DNA of 64,000 nucleotides. It comes from the human T2T-CHM13v2.0 reference genome, Homo sapiens. The notes under the pieces were generated by a model that was not told the origin of the DNA, searched no databases, and saw only the letters and a list, made by a program, of their open reading frames with translations. The position numbers were made by a program, and so were the translations under genes. The DNA is taken from NCBI RefSeq assembly GCF_009914755.1, contig NC_060939.1; one strand, given 5' to 3'. Positions 1 to 13,420 of this stretch are shown here, one piece after another (positions within the stretch are counted from its first letter, which is position 1; each line of letters begins with the position of its first letter).

Positions 1-8
1 GATGATGA

Positions 9-276
9 TTATTTATTTAGAGACTGGGTCTCACTTTGTCGATATGCAGTGGCATAATCACGTTTTACTACAGCTTTGACCTCCTGGGTTCAAGTGATCC
101 TCCTACCTCTGCCTCCCTAGTAGCTGGGACTATTGGCATGCACCACCATGCCCTGCTAATTTTTTAGTTTTTTTGTAGTGACAGGTTCCCGCTATTTTGC
201 TCAGGTTGCTCTTGAACTCCTGGGCTCAAGTGATTCTCCCACCTCGGTCTCCCAAAGTATGCCACCACTCCCGGCC
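9..276 (-). mobile_element. AluJ-type SINE
   Basis: Reverse-complement Alu dimer ending ...ccggcc. J-type features (ctcctgggctcaagtgat) and a short internal deletion after cccaaagt. Confidence 0.92.
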
Positions 277-2537
277 TATTCTCCTGATGAAATAGCACAA
301 ATAGTTGTCCAGGTTAAGGAAAAATCTTACTAAATGGCAATAATGCTAAAATTAGCATTGATTTACATTTTCAAGGCTTGTTAAGCACTTTATTATATGA
401 TAATGATTTATTTTGTTAAAACATTTTAGAAAACTCGCAAACGATCACAAGGTAGATCTTAATAGGTATGAGATAAATTACCAAAAGTGAATCTATACCA
501 AAGCAAAGAGAAATTGTCTTAATGACCAAAGTTCTAAAGTCTTTTCCAGAAATGTCTTCCAGGGTGGGATTGCATTGAGAAGACCCACAGATGTTCACCC
601 TTCGAAAGACTGACTCTACCTCTGGAGAAATTTTAACACTCCTTCAGGGAGGGAAGGAGCTATTTGCGATGCCCTGATTTGCTCTGCTAACTTCCCATTC
701 TTCTCCTTCCCATGTGATTGGATGTGTGTGCTATCTTTCCCTTGTCTGTGGCTATGCTTGGTTCCCTGGCATTTCCTCCTCCCTTTATTACCTGGACATT
801 TTTCTATCCTGCCTCTCATTTTTCTTTCCAGGAACACAAAGGGTCCCAGAATTTTTATATCTGCTGTGATCCGTTATGATTATATTTTAAAGCTTAACTC
901 TCCAGATGGCATTACTTTATGGACGTTCATGTTGGAATAGGGGAAATTGTCTGTATGTCCTCCATGTCTAGACAACGATATTTCTGCCAGGAACGTCTGA
1001 TAAGGTCATCTCCAGGTTCAGCAGATCGTTAAGTGGTGGCAGCGTGTCCCGATCTTTCCTGAGGTGCACTGCAAATAATTTCCTATGATTAACGTTATCT
1101 TAGTACCAATGCATGTGAATGTTAATTCTTGAAAAATCAGAGGATTGCAAGTTATTCCCATCACCAATAATACTCATTCCTTAATATTCCAATGCTTTCT
1201 GAAGTAGAAGAGAAAGCTGTGACGTTGCATCATTAAATCAAAATGGACATGACCCACAGTCAATCTGGGTACCTACGAGGCAGTGTATTTACATGTCTTT
1301 ATTATTTTTCACGGTGGGAGGTAGCAACTGCATCATGGAAAATATGGAAAAAACTCAGTTTTTTTTGGAATAATAAATCCAGAAGCCAAGAGGTCCCCCA
1401 GCCCTTCTCCCTCATGAATATTGAGCTTACTTTGAATGACATAAAATTAAAAGGAAATTTCTTTTATAGTTTAGTTAAGGCAACGTGTATTGGCTCAACA
1501 TGATTCATGATTAAATATATGGATCTAACTCCATCCAACACAGAGACCTGCCCAGCCATTTTGGCCCTGCCCACGAATGGGCAGTGCCTTCTCTCTCTGC
1601 CATCTTTGCTTCTCTCTCCTTGCTTTCCTGCTTGCTCTCCTTTCCTGCCTGCGTGCTTCACTGACTTACTCACCATATTCCATCGCTCCTCTCTCAACAG
1701 AGAGTCTGTCTTCCTACAGTGTGGCTGCCTGCCAGCAATAATGGAAACAGTGGAAAATTTTCTTGTGGTTGGAGATGAAGCCAACAGCAAAGGAAGCTCG
1801 TTCCTAGCTCTGCTCTCCTCCCCTGCAGACCCCCTTCTCTCAGCTCTGCATTCAGGCTGGGGACTGGGAGTACAGGACTTGTGGCCAGAAGATCCAAGAG
1901 ATTTTTTGCTGGCTTTTGCTGCCTGAAGTGTGCTCTGAAACAGCAATCAAAAAGGCTTTCTGGAGGCCTGGAAGGATGGGAGGGCACCAAGCAAACACAA
2001 TTCTCCTTCAGAGAAAGCTGCTGGACACCAAAGAAGGGCCCCCAAGCTTCATGAGGTTACTGTTGCAGACCCCCTGCAAACACAGGGGCCCAGTGAAATA
2101 AATACCTCCATGCCCTGGGGGCCTATCTGGCCCTGTTAAAACTGTGCCCCTGCATGTTTGGGTTAGTTCATTAGAGAATTTCCAAGACTCTTGAAATGCT
2201 TGTGGGTAACCTGGAATTTCCTTAGAGACCTGGCTGTTGAGATCACTAACCAGCATCAGGGACCTATGCCTTCTGTGAGAGACAAAGACAGTTGTGTAGA
2301 AGTGGGTCATAGGAAATTTTTGGAAGTTATTCAGCCACAAATTCCTTTATAAAACACAAACACACCAACTATAAAAGTTCTAGAATGTGGCAGAGAAGAC
2401 CTAAATCTCAATCAAGGCAGAGAGATGTATGCAGCTGTCCTTGTGTCTGCTAAAGGCCAGCTTTGTAATATATATTTATTGATACAGGCTCACACAACTA
2501 ATGGGATAGACATCGACTGCCATTTTTAGTTCTCTCT

Positions 2538-3030
<493 letters not shown>

Positions 3031-3320
3031 TTTAGTTCTCTTTGATGTTGAAAGGCAAAGACCTGATGGGATTCATGAGGATCCTCAAGATCTTATGGCA
3101 CAGAACAATGGTTAAACAGTAGATTTTCTGAATAGCGACTTAACTGACCTTTCCTAGCGATGTTAGGTTTAAGTTCCATCAGAGGAACTCTCAGGAATGG
3201 ACACATGGGATCTTTTTTTGGGATGAAACGGGTCACTTTCAGCCTCATCTCAAGTACACCCTTGAGACCCTGGAAATACTTCGGGGGGCTACCCCATTCC
3301 TTAATTTTCTGTAGTATCAG

Positions 3321-3766
3321 TGAGAGGTAAAGCCAGCTGGATTTCCTGGGTTGAGTGGGGACTTGAAAAACTTTTCTGTCTTACAAGAGGATTGTAAAAT
3401 GCACCAATCAGCACTCTGTAGCTAGTAAGAGGATTGTAAAACGCACCAGTCAGCACGAGTCTAAAAGTAGCCAATCGCAAGGAAGATTGAAAAAAGGGCC
3501 CTCTGACAGGACGGAAATGGAATATGGGAGGGGACAAATAAGGGAATAAAAGCAAGCCCCTGCAGCTAGCAGCAGCAACCCGCTCGGGTTTCCTTCCATG
3601 CTGTGGAAGCGTTGTTCTTTGGCTCTGGCTCTTAGCAATAAATCTTGCTGCTGCTCATTCTTAGGGTCCATGCCACCTTTAAGAGCTGTAACACTGTGAA
3701 GGTGAGGCTTCATTCTTGAGGTCAGCAAGACCACGAACCCACTGGAAGGAACGAACTCCGGACACA
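3321..3766 (+). mobile_element. Solo LTR of ERV9 (LTR12F-like)
   Basis: TG...CA termini (tgagaggtaaagccagctgg ... actccggacaca). Repeated ggattgtaaaa-caccaatcagcac CCAAT units, AATAAA at about 3637, and a 4-bp TSD tcag/ttag. Confidence 0.9.
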
Positions 3767-3811
3767 TTAGCATGTTCCTTTCTTGTATAGAACATTATTT
3801 TGTCATTTTTG

Positions 3812-3908
3812 ATTCACTTGACAAATATTTACTAAACATGTGCCTGATCCTTTATTAAGTAGTGAGGAAATATGGTGAGCAAGACAGACCCAGGTCCCTG
3901 CCCCTCAC
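3812..3908 (-). mobile_element. L2 3' end fragment
   Basis: ttcacttgacaaatatttactaaac...gtgagcaagacagacccaggtccctgcccctca resembles the reverse L2 3' terminus. Confidence 0.6.
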
Positions 3909-4127
3909 AATTATAAAGTCACCATAAAGAAGGACAGGCGGTCCCTTTGATGCTGCATCTGTGGGCATAGGCTCTGGAGCCGGGGCCATGTTGCTTTTCT
4001 TGCCTCTCTCTCTCCCCATCATTGTGACTTCTGCAGTGGCTGAATCAAAGGTAATGAACTAATAACATGTCTCCATTTTTCTAATTGTTTTCCAAAAATG
4101 AGTAAGTACTCAAAGAATAGAGTTTGC

Positions 4128-4375
4128 TGTAGTGTGTGATGGTTGAGGGTTGGGAACCAAATAACCTAGGTTTCAATCCTCTTTCACCACTTTATTAGCA
4201 GCATGACCCTGGGAAATATTTTTAAGTCTGTCTCTGCTTGTCATTTCTTGTCTTTAAAGTGATGATGATTATATTCTCTACCTCACAGGGGTTTTGTGGG
4301 GATTAAATGAGTTAATAATCAAAAAGTATATAGAATAATGTCTATCGAGCGTTCAATAAAATTAGCTATTGTTAA
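4128..4375 (+). mobile_element. MIR SINE
   Basis: MIR core and tail: ...ctacctcacagggg-ttttgtggggattaaatgagttaat...ttcaataaaattagctatt. Confidence 0.8.
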
Positions 4376-5274
4376 TTACACTAAAGCCTAGGGGCTGGAA
4401 AGGACTTGGAAAACCCAGTCTTCAGTTCAGATAATACATACTTTATAACCATAAACTGAATATAACCATGTATTCAGTTCAGATAATACATACTTTATAA
4501 ACCACGGCTAAGATGGATAGGGAGAAGATGACAGAAATAAATGGGAAAGCTCACTCTCTTCAGATTCTGCCAGTGAATTATCTGCATCAGGGCATCTGGA
4601 GGTTGCCCAAGGGATCAGGATGCATGAGAATTTAAGAGGTATTGGGTGGTATTGACCTACTAGGGTCCTGAGGAAACCTCAACTGCAGAAGGATGAGTAG
4701 GGGAATCTTCTGCCAACCAGGTCATAAGCAGGGCTCTAGTCAATGATTCCTTGGGATATCTATTTTTCTTTCATGGTGTTTGCCCATAATTGACAACTGG
4801 AAGAAGTTATTCTGGGTTTGGGGTGAAGCTATGGTATAAGCTGCTATATAGTTTTCTCAGACAGTTTATGCATATTATTTTTACATTGAGAGAACCTTCT
4901 GGGAATGAATCTCAATTTATTGGGACAGTCCTAACTCTTGGTTCTCCATACCACTTCTAATGTATACAATCCTTTGTATCTATTTCTAATGAAGGTGGCA
5001 ATGATATATACCCGAGGCATGGTAGAAGAGTCCTGACTGCAAGTTAGGAGGTCTGGGTTCTGGTTGTGGCTATTTATGTGAAGTCACTTAATATCTTGGT
5101 GTCTTAGTTTCCACATGTCAAATGTAGCATAAGATTTTGATACTTGCTAATGGTGCTTGAAGCTGTAATGTGTTCTATTGTTTGTACAATAGGCCTCAGT
5201 ATTCAGGGTGCTCAATCATTTAGTGACTTATTCACCTATAGAATTATCTGTTTAGTTAATATTTGATAGTTTTT

Positions 5275-6350
<1,076 letters not shown>

Positions 6351-7427
6351 GTTATTCATGGTGGAGGATGAGTTCTAATCAGGCACATATTTGATTAAGT
6401 TGTGGCGTTATCTGCCAGCTAAGCGCTATGTTGATGTGGGTCTTATGTTTGTGATTTTGCGATACCGAATAGCCAAGATGAGGCCCCCACTGTGAATTTC
6501 CTGGGTGATGTAACTGCGGAGGAACGTAGGTCATGGGCCACAGTGCTCTGTTTTGTTCTGCAGGTCTGGCTATTCCTCTAGATGGAAGATGAATCTGACC
6601 CTTGTGTGGAGAGCTCTGCCTGGTAGATGACTTGGCCTCCTTGGGCCCACCCGAGTCTCTAGGCTGCAGTTACTTTGGGGAGAAATGTTCAGGGAGTGCT
6701 AGAGTATGCTAATTTTTATAATACAATGTTGAGTGATAAGGCAAAGGAATAAACTCTTGTGAGAGATTCAGCATCTTTAGCAATAGAGTGTGGGGAGCAT
6801 CCTGATTACAAATAAATATATTTAGCCTATAGGTTTTCTTTTTTTTCTTAAATTCCTGAACCTGACTTCCTGGTAGAAAAACCTTGGACTGGGGCTAATG
6901 GTGCAGAAAAGCAATTTTTTTTGCACTGAAAACTTATACAATTATGAGAGAAGGTATTGAATTCAGCGTAATGTTGCAGCTACCATGGAAGACCTAGAAA
7001 AAGGGACAATTAACACCCATAATCCAGGCTCCTGGGATTAACTCCATGGGCAGTGCTTCACAGTGAAGGGCACTGAAGATACCAGAAGTGAGACCAAACC
7101 AACAGATTCCCGGGAGCAGAAGACTCATAAGGGACCAAGCAAGTTATTCCCTCATAGACACCTAGAATGCTGGTGTTTTGTTATATTAGGATTCTACTAA
7201 TGACTACCTCTACTGGGGAGCTATTTGTAAAGAAAGCAAGAAAGAAACAGATAAGTAACATGGTTTATCAAAAAATCAGCACCAGTCATTTGAAAAAGGA
7301 ATGCAAACTGCTGCTACTTTTGTGTCAGGCATCTTAATTCTCTGGGGTTAGGTCTTACCTGAGTAATGTGTGGCCTAGTCTCAGTGGGGACATAAGGAGG
7401 CCTAATAGTTAGATTTTCTCTTCAGCG

Positions 7428-7557
7428 AGGATGACCATATATGTTGGTTTCCTATGACGGACTTGGCTTATGCATTTTCTTTGGGCATGTTGGTTAATAT
7501 TGTACTTGTTTACTCTAAAAATGTCCTGCTTTGTACTATAAATCATGTGGTCATCCC
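7428..7557. mobile_element. hAT-Blackjack MITE (MER94-like)
   Basis: Terminal inverted repeats ggatgaccata ... tgtggtcatcc, about 130 bp. Confidence 0.65.
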
Positions 7558-7589
7558 ATTTTGAACTTGTACAAGCCACTCTTGTAAAT

Positions 7590-7733
7590 ATGTTGAGTTG
7601 TCTGTTCACTTGTCTGACTCCCCTGTGAAACTGCAAACTCTTTGAGGGTGGGGACTATGTCCCTTTGACTTTGTGTACCCAGTTTTTATCAATGTGCATT
7701 TAGTAGGTGCTCAATATTTTAAGAATGAATGGA
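7590..7733 (+). mobile_element. L2 3' end
   Basis: aaactctttgagggtggggactatgtc...tagtaggtgctcaata...gaatgaatgga. Confidence 0.7.
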
Positions 7734-8159
7734 TAACCTTTTACCTTAAAGGAGTCCTTCTCTGAGTCATCGGATTAATGAAAGTACCTTTGGGAATGAC
7801 ATTTTGTGTCACTTACGAGCACCTGAATGAAGTGCTTAAAATAGGTGATAGGATAGAACCCCAAGGAGGAGAAGTGTTGGAACAAGGTGAGCAAGCCCTT
7901 TTAAAAGCTGATGTACAAAGAACAGAGACAGACGGTAGACTTCACAGTTTTTGGCGGGGCTGATTTTTGAGCCTATCTTCACAACGCTATTTAAAAAAAA
8001 AGCTATAGTAAAATGAATCAAACAGCTCTTGGAGATGTTAAAGAGAGCTCTTCAATTCTGAAAGGGCCCCAGGTCTCAGCCCTATGGTCATTTCCTCTGC
8101 AGTGAGAACATCTGTTGGGAGGGAAACACTCTTTTCTGTACTCTGTGCCATTCTTCAGA

Positions 8160-8320
8160 TAGAATCATACATCTATAGCTGGAAGTGGCCTTAGATACTG
8201 TCTAGTTCAAATCTTTCTCATGACTGAGAAAATTGGCTCAGTGGGTTAAACAATTGGCCAAGCCCACAGAGATAGTGTCAGGAGCCAAAGGAACCCTTCT
8301 AGTATTGCTCTTAGACTCAA
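8160..8320 (-). mobile_element. MIR/MIR3 fragment
   Basis: agctggaagtggccttagatactgtctagttcaa...gagaaaattggctcagtgggttaaacaattggccaag. Confidence 0.55.
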
Positions 8321-9152
8321 ATAGTATTTAAAAATCTGTTTGCCACTGAGACCCTGAATTCTCATTGCAGATCCGTTTCCAAATAATTTTGGAAGGATTT
8401 GGCTTTGGTTCCCTGGGGAGTATCTTGAAGGGAAGATTGCTTGTCCTGTACCACAATGGAAAGAGCAGAGAGAGCCTTCTGAACAATTTGGGGGCATAGA
8501 AGGGAATGCAGTAGCCCACAGGATGGGGAGAGGGAGGATTGTATGTCCATGTTGCACATATTAAATTGACAAAAATGTCCTGTACAGACCTTGTGACAAA
8601 AGCAAACCCTTTTGTTTGTAATGCCAGCGTAAAAACAGACAGGAACAAATGTTCCATCCATGAATTCAGAAGTTTGGCAGTTAACAAAGTGTCCTGAAGC
8701 GTGGCATAAATGAAGGCAGATCATCTTGGCTGCCCGTTTCATCATGTGGATGGAAAAATCTTCTGGGTGAAAGTAAACAGACTTCAGGGCACTGGGCTGG
8801 TTCAGGAGGGTGGTCTCAGGGTGGGTAGGGAAGCTGGCCTGTCGTAGCAACTCACTCAGACCTGTCTTCATTAAAGACCTTAGAGAAGGAGAAAGGGCTT
8901 GAAGATGAAATTCACAGATGATTCTGAATGGAGAAATGTGGCAAACACCAGCAGAAGCAAAAGAGTAACCTAAAGGAATTAGAAAAATGGGAAAGGCAGG
9001 GACAAAATGCGAATCATCATGGAAAAATGCAAATGGATATGTCTGGGGCAAAATAATCCACAAACCAGATATTCATTGGGCAGAAAAATTTTGAAGTGCA
9101 TTAAGAATAGAAAAGTGCTGTAAAATGGTTGCTGCATTCTGACAGTTTAGGT

Positions 9153-9178
9153 GGGTGGGCGGGCAGGGAGGGAGTGGG
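9153..9178 (+). other. G-quadruplex-forming motif
   Basis: gggtgggcgggcagggagggagtggg: six G3 tracts with 1-3 nt loops. Confidence 0.75.
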
Positions 9179-11499
9179 CATGGAAGATGGGTGGTCCTTA
9201 CAGGAGGCTTACTCATAGGTGTGAAGTGACCTCATTACGGGGCCTGCTCCATCTTTCTCTGCACCTAATGCTTGCACGGCGCATTCTGATATCCCAGGGG
9301 GTTGGCTGGGATGAGGTGCATGTCTTGCTGGCACTGTGAGATGCCTGTTGGGATAAACAGGTAACATTCCAACCACCAGGCATCTGCTTTGGAGTTAGCC
9401 TTCCAGACCATATTCTTTTCTTTAAAAAACAAAATGTATCAAAGAGCATCCAGACTTTTCTTTGGAAGAAGAGCATGAAAAAGAATTTCTGTCAAAGAAC
9501 AAACATTTCCTATTTATGTCATACAGAGTAACAAATTTGGAATAATTTTGTCATTGTTTTGATTTGAGAAATTTGTTACCAAAAACCTTCCTTTAAACCT
9601 CACTTGTAAAATTTTAACAATTACAAACTGATGATGACCAGAGATTCTCATTTTCCAAAACAACTCACTTGTTTCTCACTCTGGAAATTGCTCTGTTTTG
9701 GAAAGTCCTACATGAGACCCCACGAAGTGCTATGTGTTGATGATTCCTTCAGCTTGAGGAATTGTGAAGAAAAACAGAGCCCTCCACTCCTTTCCTTATT
9801 ATAGTGGAGTCAAAGACCCCTGTCACAGGCCTAGTTTAGGGAAACATTCACTATCTTGTTTTGAGCAGCTTTTCAATTTGAAAAGCTAGGCCCGAAATCA
9901 AGGTCTTATAACTTGACCAAAATCATTTAAGGTACAAGAATAGCAGTGTGGATTCCCAGGAACTTCTTTTATCCTCAAAATTGATTATCAAGAGGAATCA
10001 TTTAAAAAATATAAGCTGAAATAGGATATGTAAGCCTATGTAACTGTTGGACAGCTTCTCATTGCAACAGAAAACCATGTAATTCTTCGGGGTTGTTTTC
10101 AGATCTATCTTCCTTCAATCACAGTAGTTCTCTATAGGGTGTAGTAGATGATGACCACCTGAGGAGCTTGTTAACAACTCAGGACTTGGCATGCAGAATG
10201 GGGTTGTGGGGAGTGGGCTGGGGCCTGGGTGGTCTGCGATGTGGTGATGAAGAGCAAGAGGCAGCAGAGCTGCTGTGTGGAGTTTGGAGTTGACCTAAGC
10301 TATTTGATCTCCCCATGGGTGACCTCACCTGGACTAATGGGGCAAAAAGGCTCCTAGATCTAATTACTGATGAGGAGCTTGAGGATGCAGCTGGAGATGC
10401 TGTTTCTGGGAAGCCTGGCTTTAAGGCCCACACTTTGAAGTCATGACCTAGGTAGGCCTGGCCCTTGACTCAAGTGTCAGAGGAAGACAACTGGAATAGA
10501 ATCTCTCAGCTTCCTGCCTCCCATCCCCACTCTCTTGTGATAACCTGGGAAGCCCATCCTGGATCATGGCTGGGGGCTAGACCATCCTAGAATGAGCTCC
10601 CAAGGGCTGGAGCTGTGTTGTGTTGAGTCTGAAGGAGGAAGAGAAAGAGACAAAGTTAATCTCCAGGATGCCAAAACCTGATGTCAATTTCAAAGGCCCC
10701 GAAACAAGAAGTAAGCCAATGGGGTCTGAATAAGGGTAGACAATACAGCAACATGTGGAAGTGAAGTAAGAGATAAAGAGAAGTGTGCTGAATAGTGAAA
10801 GAAAGCCTCAAGCTCAGTTTTGTGCTTGCTAGTGAGTGTGTGCATAACCAGCTCTTAGCTCTGGTTATTTGGGTGGGCATGTCTAAAGTTCAAGGTCAAG
10901 GCAACTCCTGCTGATGGCTGAAAGCCCAGTTCTGCTCCTATAGGTCCCAATTAGTATAGCCTACCTGGTAGAAAGCTTTGGGTCTCCATGGGGCAAAAAG
11001 TGAGCTATCCAACAGGGTTAGTCCCAGGTGGCCCATTGTCCATGAAATCACCCCTGTACTGTCAGAGGCCACACCCAGGACCGGTCAAAAGAGGAATGAG
11101 TAGAGCTAAGCTATCTGGGCTCCTGGATGGGTGGTTGGCTGGGAAGAGTATGGGAGCTAAGAAGCCTCCATGGTTTCACTCTGGGGACTGGCAGCTATTT
11201 GAACCGAGGTATGGTCAGGAGCAAGATGAGAATGGGTGGAAACTGGGATTGTGAGGGGCAGAAAGGTGCACAAGGGCCTGGTTGAATTCAGCTCCACCTG
11301 CAGGCTGCTCCACCTGCCATTTAATTTTTCCTCAATTAATTTACTTCTCAGTGTTTCTACTCCCGTGATTAAAGGCTCTATGGCCCTTGACAGATTTACA
11401 TGTGTTTATTTTTTCTTCAACAAAGACATAACTTTGGGTGCCAGTCTTCACCATCTTGACTAATTCTTGACATAACACCTGTGATGTTTGAGACAGACA

Positions 11500-11640
11500 C
11501 CCAGAGTTACCTGTGAAATTTATCTTTGTTTCTTCATTGTCTTCCCCCACTGAAATGTTACTGACATTGTAACACTTTTTACCACTGCATAGCACAGTGC
11601 CTGATACATAATTGGCTTTTAATAATATAGCAGAGGAATG
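11500..11640 (+). mobile_element. L2 3' end fragment
   Basis: tgtcttcccccactgaaatgt...catagcacagtgcctgatacataa. Confidence 0.55.
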
Positions 11641-11779
11641 GTTTGATGCCTTGTGTACTAGTATGTTCAGAACAGGAGCTGCTTTGGTGCGGTTTGAGTC
11701 ATGAGTCACTCTGACAAAAGGCAGCTTATGATATGGATATGTAAGGTGTTCTCTTAGTGTTTTAAACTGCTTTATTCTC

Positions 11780-12244
11780 TTTGGTTATGTATTTAAGTTC
11801 AGAGGTACATGTGCAGGTTTGTTATATAGGTAAACTTGCGTCACGGGGGTTTGTTGTACAGAATATTTCATTTCCTAGGTGTTAAGCCTGGTAACCCTAG
11901 TTATTTTCTCTGATCCTCTCCCTCCTCCCACCCTCGATTCTCCAGCAGGCCCCAGTGTGTCTTGTTCCCCTTTATGTGTCCATGTGTTCTCATCATTTGC
12001 TCCTACTTATAAATGAGAACATAGTGCTTGGTTTTCTGTTCCTGTGTTAGTGTCCTAAAGATAACAGCCTCCAGCTCCATCCATGTTCCTGCAAAGGACA
12101 TGATCTCGTGCTTTTTTATGGCTCCATAGTATTCCATGGTATATACGTACATTTCCTTTATCCAGTCTACCGCTGATGGGCATTTAGGTTCATTCCATGT
12201 CTTTGCTATTGTGAATAGTGCTGCAATGAACATACGCATGCATG
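11780..12244 (-). mobile_element. 5'-truncated L1 3' end (L1PA13-16-like)
   Basis: Reverse L1 3'UTR (gtacatgtgcaggtttgttatataggtaaacttgcgtcacggggg). The ORF at 12003-12239 resembles the ORF2 C-terminus (MFIAALFTIAKTWNEPKCPS). Confidence 0.9.
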
Positions 12245-12439
12245 AATGGTTAACGTATTTATTAATGATCAGTCTTTGTAATGACCTGAGAGGCCCTCTG
12301 CTGGTGACCTGTTTTCACAGATGATTCTGTGCTAGTGAAATATCCTTGCTTGAGGTTCTGTGTGAAATGAGAAGCTCAGATTCTCCCTCCAGAGTGGTGG
12401 GCAGGGGTGTAATCTTCCTGGCTTTGCTGCCTGGTTTCT

Positions 12440-12973
12440 ATATGACCCAGCAATTCCACTTCTAGTGTATACCCAAGAGAATTTAGAACATATGTACCCT
12501 AAAACTTATACCTGAATTTTCATAGCACCATTATTCATAATAGCCAAAAAGTGACACAACCTGAATGTCCATCAACTGGCAAATGGATAAACAAAAGGTG
12601 GTCTATTCATACAATGGAATATCATTCATCCATAAAAGGAAATGTCACTAGGTAGACATACCTTAGAACATGATGCTAGGTGAAAGAAGCAGATGACACA
12701 AAAGGCCACATATTGTATGATTTCATTTAAATGAAATTTCCAGATCAGGCAAATCAGTACAGCCAAAGTAGATTAGTGATTTTCAGGAATTGGGGGAAGG
12801 GGATGATAGGGTATGACTACTTAGGGATCTGGCATTTCTTTTTGGGGTGATGAAAATATTCTGGAAATAATGGTAATGGTCCCACAACTTCATGGACATA
12901 CTAAAAGCTACCAACTCCTACCTTTTGAAAAGGAAGAATTTCATGCCATGTGAATTATATCTCAATATAAAAA
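12440..12973 (+). mobile_element. L1MB-type LINE 3' end
   Basis: tatgacccagcaattccacttct...tgtccatcaactggcaaatggataaacaaa...tggggtgatgaaaatattctggaa...gtgaattatatctcaatataaaaa. Confidence 0.85.
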
Positions 12974-13010
12974 GTAATTTTAAGTTGCTACCATGTAAGA
13001 CCTCCAAACA

Positions 13011-13420
<410 letters not shown>

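Noticed and set aside
1464-1946. Overlapping 139-160 aa ORFs on both strands
   Set aside because: Driven by low-complexity CT-rich sequence, with no homology I recognise and no convincing exon structure.
8362-9063. Longest ORF in the track (233 aa, minus strand)
   Set aside because: Non-ATG start, no recognisable domain, and a composition reflecting the purine-rich opposite strand. Most likely a chance ORF.
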